From the sequence record PQ437329.1: a stretch of 56,791 nucleotides of DNA; one strand, 5' to 3'. Numbering within the stretch: the stretch's first letter is position 1; each line of letters begins with the position of its first letter. Below, piece after piece: positions 55,714 through 56,791 of the stretch. Source of the stretch: Acinetobacter phage HD01. Under the pieces are notes generated by a model, which saw nothing but the letters and a program-made list of their open reading frames with translations, made no database searches and was not told the DNA's origin. Both the position numbers and the translations under genes were made by a program.

Positions 55714-56046
55714 ATGCAGGTGCCAGAACCTTTAGACCAATGGTGGGTCAAAGCTATTGCATTCACTATTCTAGCTATTGTTGCTGGAGCGGTGGGGCAC
55801 TTGTTTCGTACGTTTGAGTCTGGTGGGAAGTTTAGTGCTACCATTATGCTCATTAAGACGCTCGCAGCAGGTGTGACAGGTTTCTTAATGTATTTGTTGT
55901 GCTTAGCTCTAAATTTCAACGACATCTGGTCAGGAATTATTGTCGGGGTGTTTGGTTGGCTTGGTGCAGATACAACAATTTCAGTTCTTAAAGGTTTTGT
56001 CTACAACATGATGAAGGTAGATAAAACTAAAGGAGAAAAAGAATGA
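55714..56046 (+). CDS. holin
   Basis: 110 aa with 2-3 TM helices and a charged C-terminus, RBS GGGGGA. Sits between endolysin and spanins. Confidence 0.55.
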   Translation: MQVPEPLDQWWVKAIAFTILAIVAGAVGHLFRTFESGGKFSATIMLIKTLAAGVTGFLMYLLCLALNFNDIWSGIIVGVFGWLGADTTISVLKGFVYNMMKVDKTKGEKE

Positions 56047-56507
56047 GTTTAATTGCAGCAGGACTTCTTCTAAAAATTAAGCAGTATTTACTCAGCAAAG
56101 GCCGACTTGTTGTTGAGTATGTTATGATTGTTGCTGTGGTTATATTGGGTGCGTTAAGTATTAATTTATTTTTTCAATCGCGCGAAGCAGACAAAAAGCT
56201 TCAGACGCTGGAAGGTAAATTAACAGATCAGTCTGTTATGCTGTTTAAACTAACCGACTCGAATGTGCAGCAACAAAACACAATTAACAACTTAATGGAG
56301 CTAAGGTCGCGGGATGCTACAGCTATTGAAGGGTTAGTCACCGATTACAAAGCCTTAGCTGACACAAGTACCAAAGTTGACAAACGTCTTAAAAAACTGG
56401 AGGACTCCAATGAAGCTGTCCGTGTGTATCTTAGTAGCGATATCCCTGCTCCTCTTATGTGCTTGCTCAACAACACCTGTTCCCCCTCAGGCAATAGTAA
56501 AGACTGA
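56043..56507 (+). CDS. i-spanin (Rz-like)
   Basis: 154 aa with an N-terminal TM helix, then a coiled-coil periplasmic domain. ATGA coupling to the holin. Confidence 0.55.
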   Translation: MSLIAAGLLLKIKQYLLSKGRLVVEYVMIVAVVILGALSINLFFQSREADKKLQTLEGKLTDQSVMLFKLTDSNVQQQNTINNLMELRSRDATAIEGLVTDYKALADTSTKVDKRLKKLEDSNEAVRVYLSSDIPAPLMCLLNNTCSPSGNSKD

Positions 56508-56712
56508 ATACATTAAGGAGCGCCCAAGCGAGCAACTTTTAAAAGCTTGCGTTCCGCATGTAGACAAGGAATTACTTGTTACTCGGGATATTGTTACGTC
56601 TCGGTACGCTTGGATCAAAGCATATTGCGAATGTAGTAGCAAGAACAACCGTTTACTTGACTGGCACAACGGAACTACAACCCCACTAAATAAAATATGT
56701 AATACGCTTTGA
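56410..56712 (+). CDS. o-spanin (Rz1-like lipoprotein), overlapping i-spanin in another frame
   Basis: ATG at 56410 after GGAGGA. Signal peptide plus lipobox-like MKLSVCILVAISLLLLCACS. Pro-rich, with conserved Cys residues. The first 98 nt lie inside the Rz gene in a different frame. Confidence 0.5.
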   Translation: MKLSVCILVAISLLLLCACSTTPVPPQAIVKTEYIKERPSEQLLKACVPHVDKELLVTRDIVTSRYAWIKAYCECSSKNNRLLDWHNGTTTPLNKICNTL

Positions 56713-56791
56713 AGTATTGCATAGCTTAAACAGCCTAGCTATACTCCGACAAAAGGGTGATCCTTACCACATAATTCCATCGGAGTACAGC

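Noticed and set aside
1-56791. CRISPR arrays, integrase/lysogeny module, transposases, tRNAs
   Set aside because: No regularly spaced direct repeats, no tyrosine or serine recombinase motifs, no repressor/Cro pair and no tRNA-like structures. The phage appears strictly lytic.

Overview
This window looks like a nearly complete ~57-kb genome of a tailed siphovirus-type dsDNA phage. The gene content resembles the 7-deazaguanine-modifying Escherichia phages (Seuratvirus/CAjan-like, Queuovirinae), but that family assignment is inferred from gene content only. I found no tRNA, rRNA, CRISPR array, integrase or transposase.

The genome falls into three blocks:

1. **Late structural block, 1-21978 (+).** It runs TerS, TerL, portal, Mu-F-like head protein, scaffold, major capsid, neck proteins, major tail protein, then tail chaperone G with a -1 frameshift-extended GT form. 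An HK97-gp10-like protein, a 1027-aa tape measure, distal tail proteins, a J-like tip protein and an esterase-domain tail fibre follow. It ends in a bidirectional terminator.

2. **Replication, recombination and nucleotide-metabolism block, 22091-45399 (-).** It encodes a family-B DNA polymerase, a sliding-clamp-like protein and a complete dpdA-folE-queD-queC-queE 7-deazaguanine DNA-modification operon. Further along are an SF2 helicase, a Cas4-like nuclease, a dUTPase-like protein, a DUF669/Sak4 pair, an ATP-dependent ligase, ThyX, a ClpX-like AAA+ ATPase, RNase H, a MazG-like protein and a primase-helicase.

3. **Small-gene plus lysis block, 45900-56712 (+).** It sits behind an AT-rich divergent control region and carries many small hypothetical genes, an Hjc-like resolvase, and a cassette of endolysin, holin, i-spanin and embedded o-spanin.

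The points I would follow up first are:

- The unannotated programmed -1 frameshift in the tail chaperone.
- The deazaguanine operon with an uncharacterised lead gene, a QueC C-terminal extension and an adjacent HExxH protein.
- A ~200-bp direct repeat giving two paralogous C-terminal domains.
- A ~600-nt ORF-free structured region bracketed by terminators (46.83-47.43 kb).
- Tandem mini zinc-ribbon genes with TAATG overlaps.

All functional calls rest on motifs and gene order read by eye; no database search was possible.
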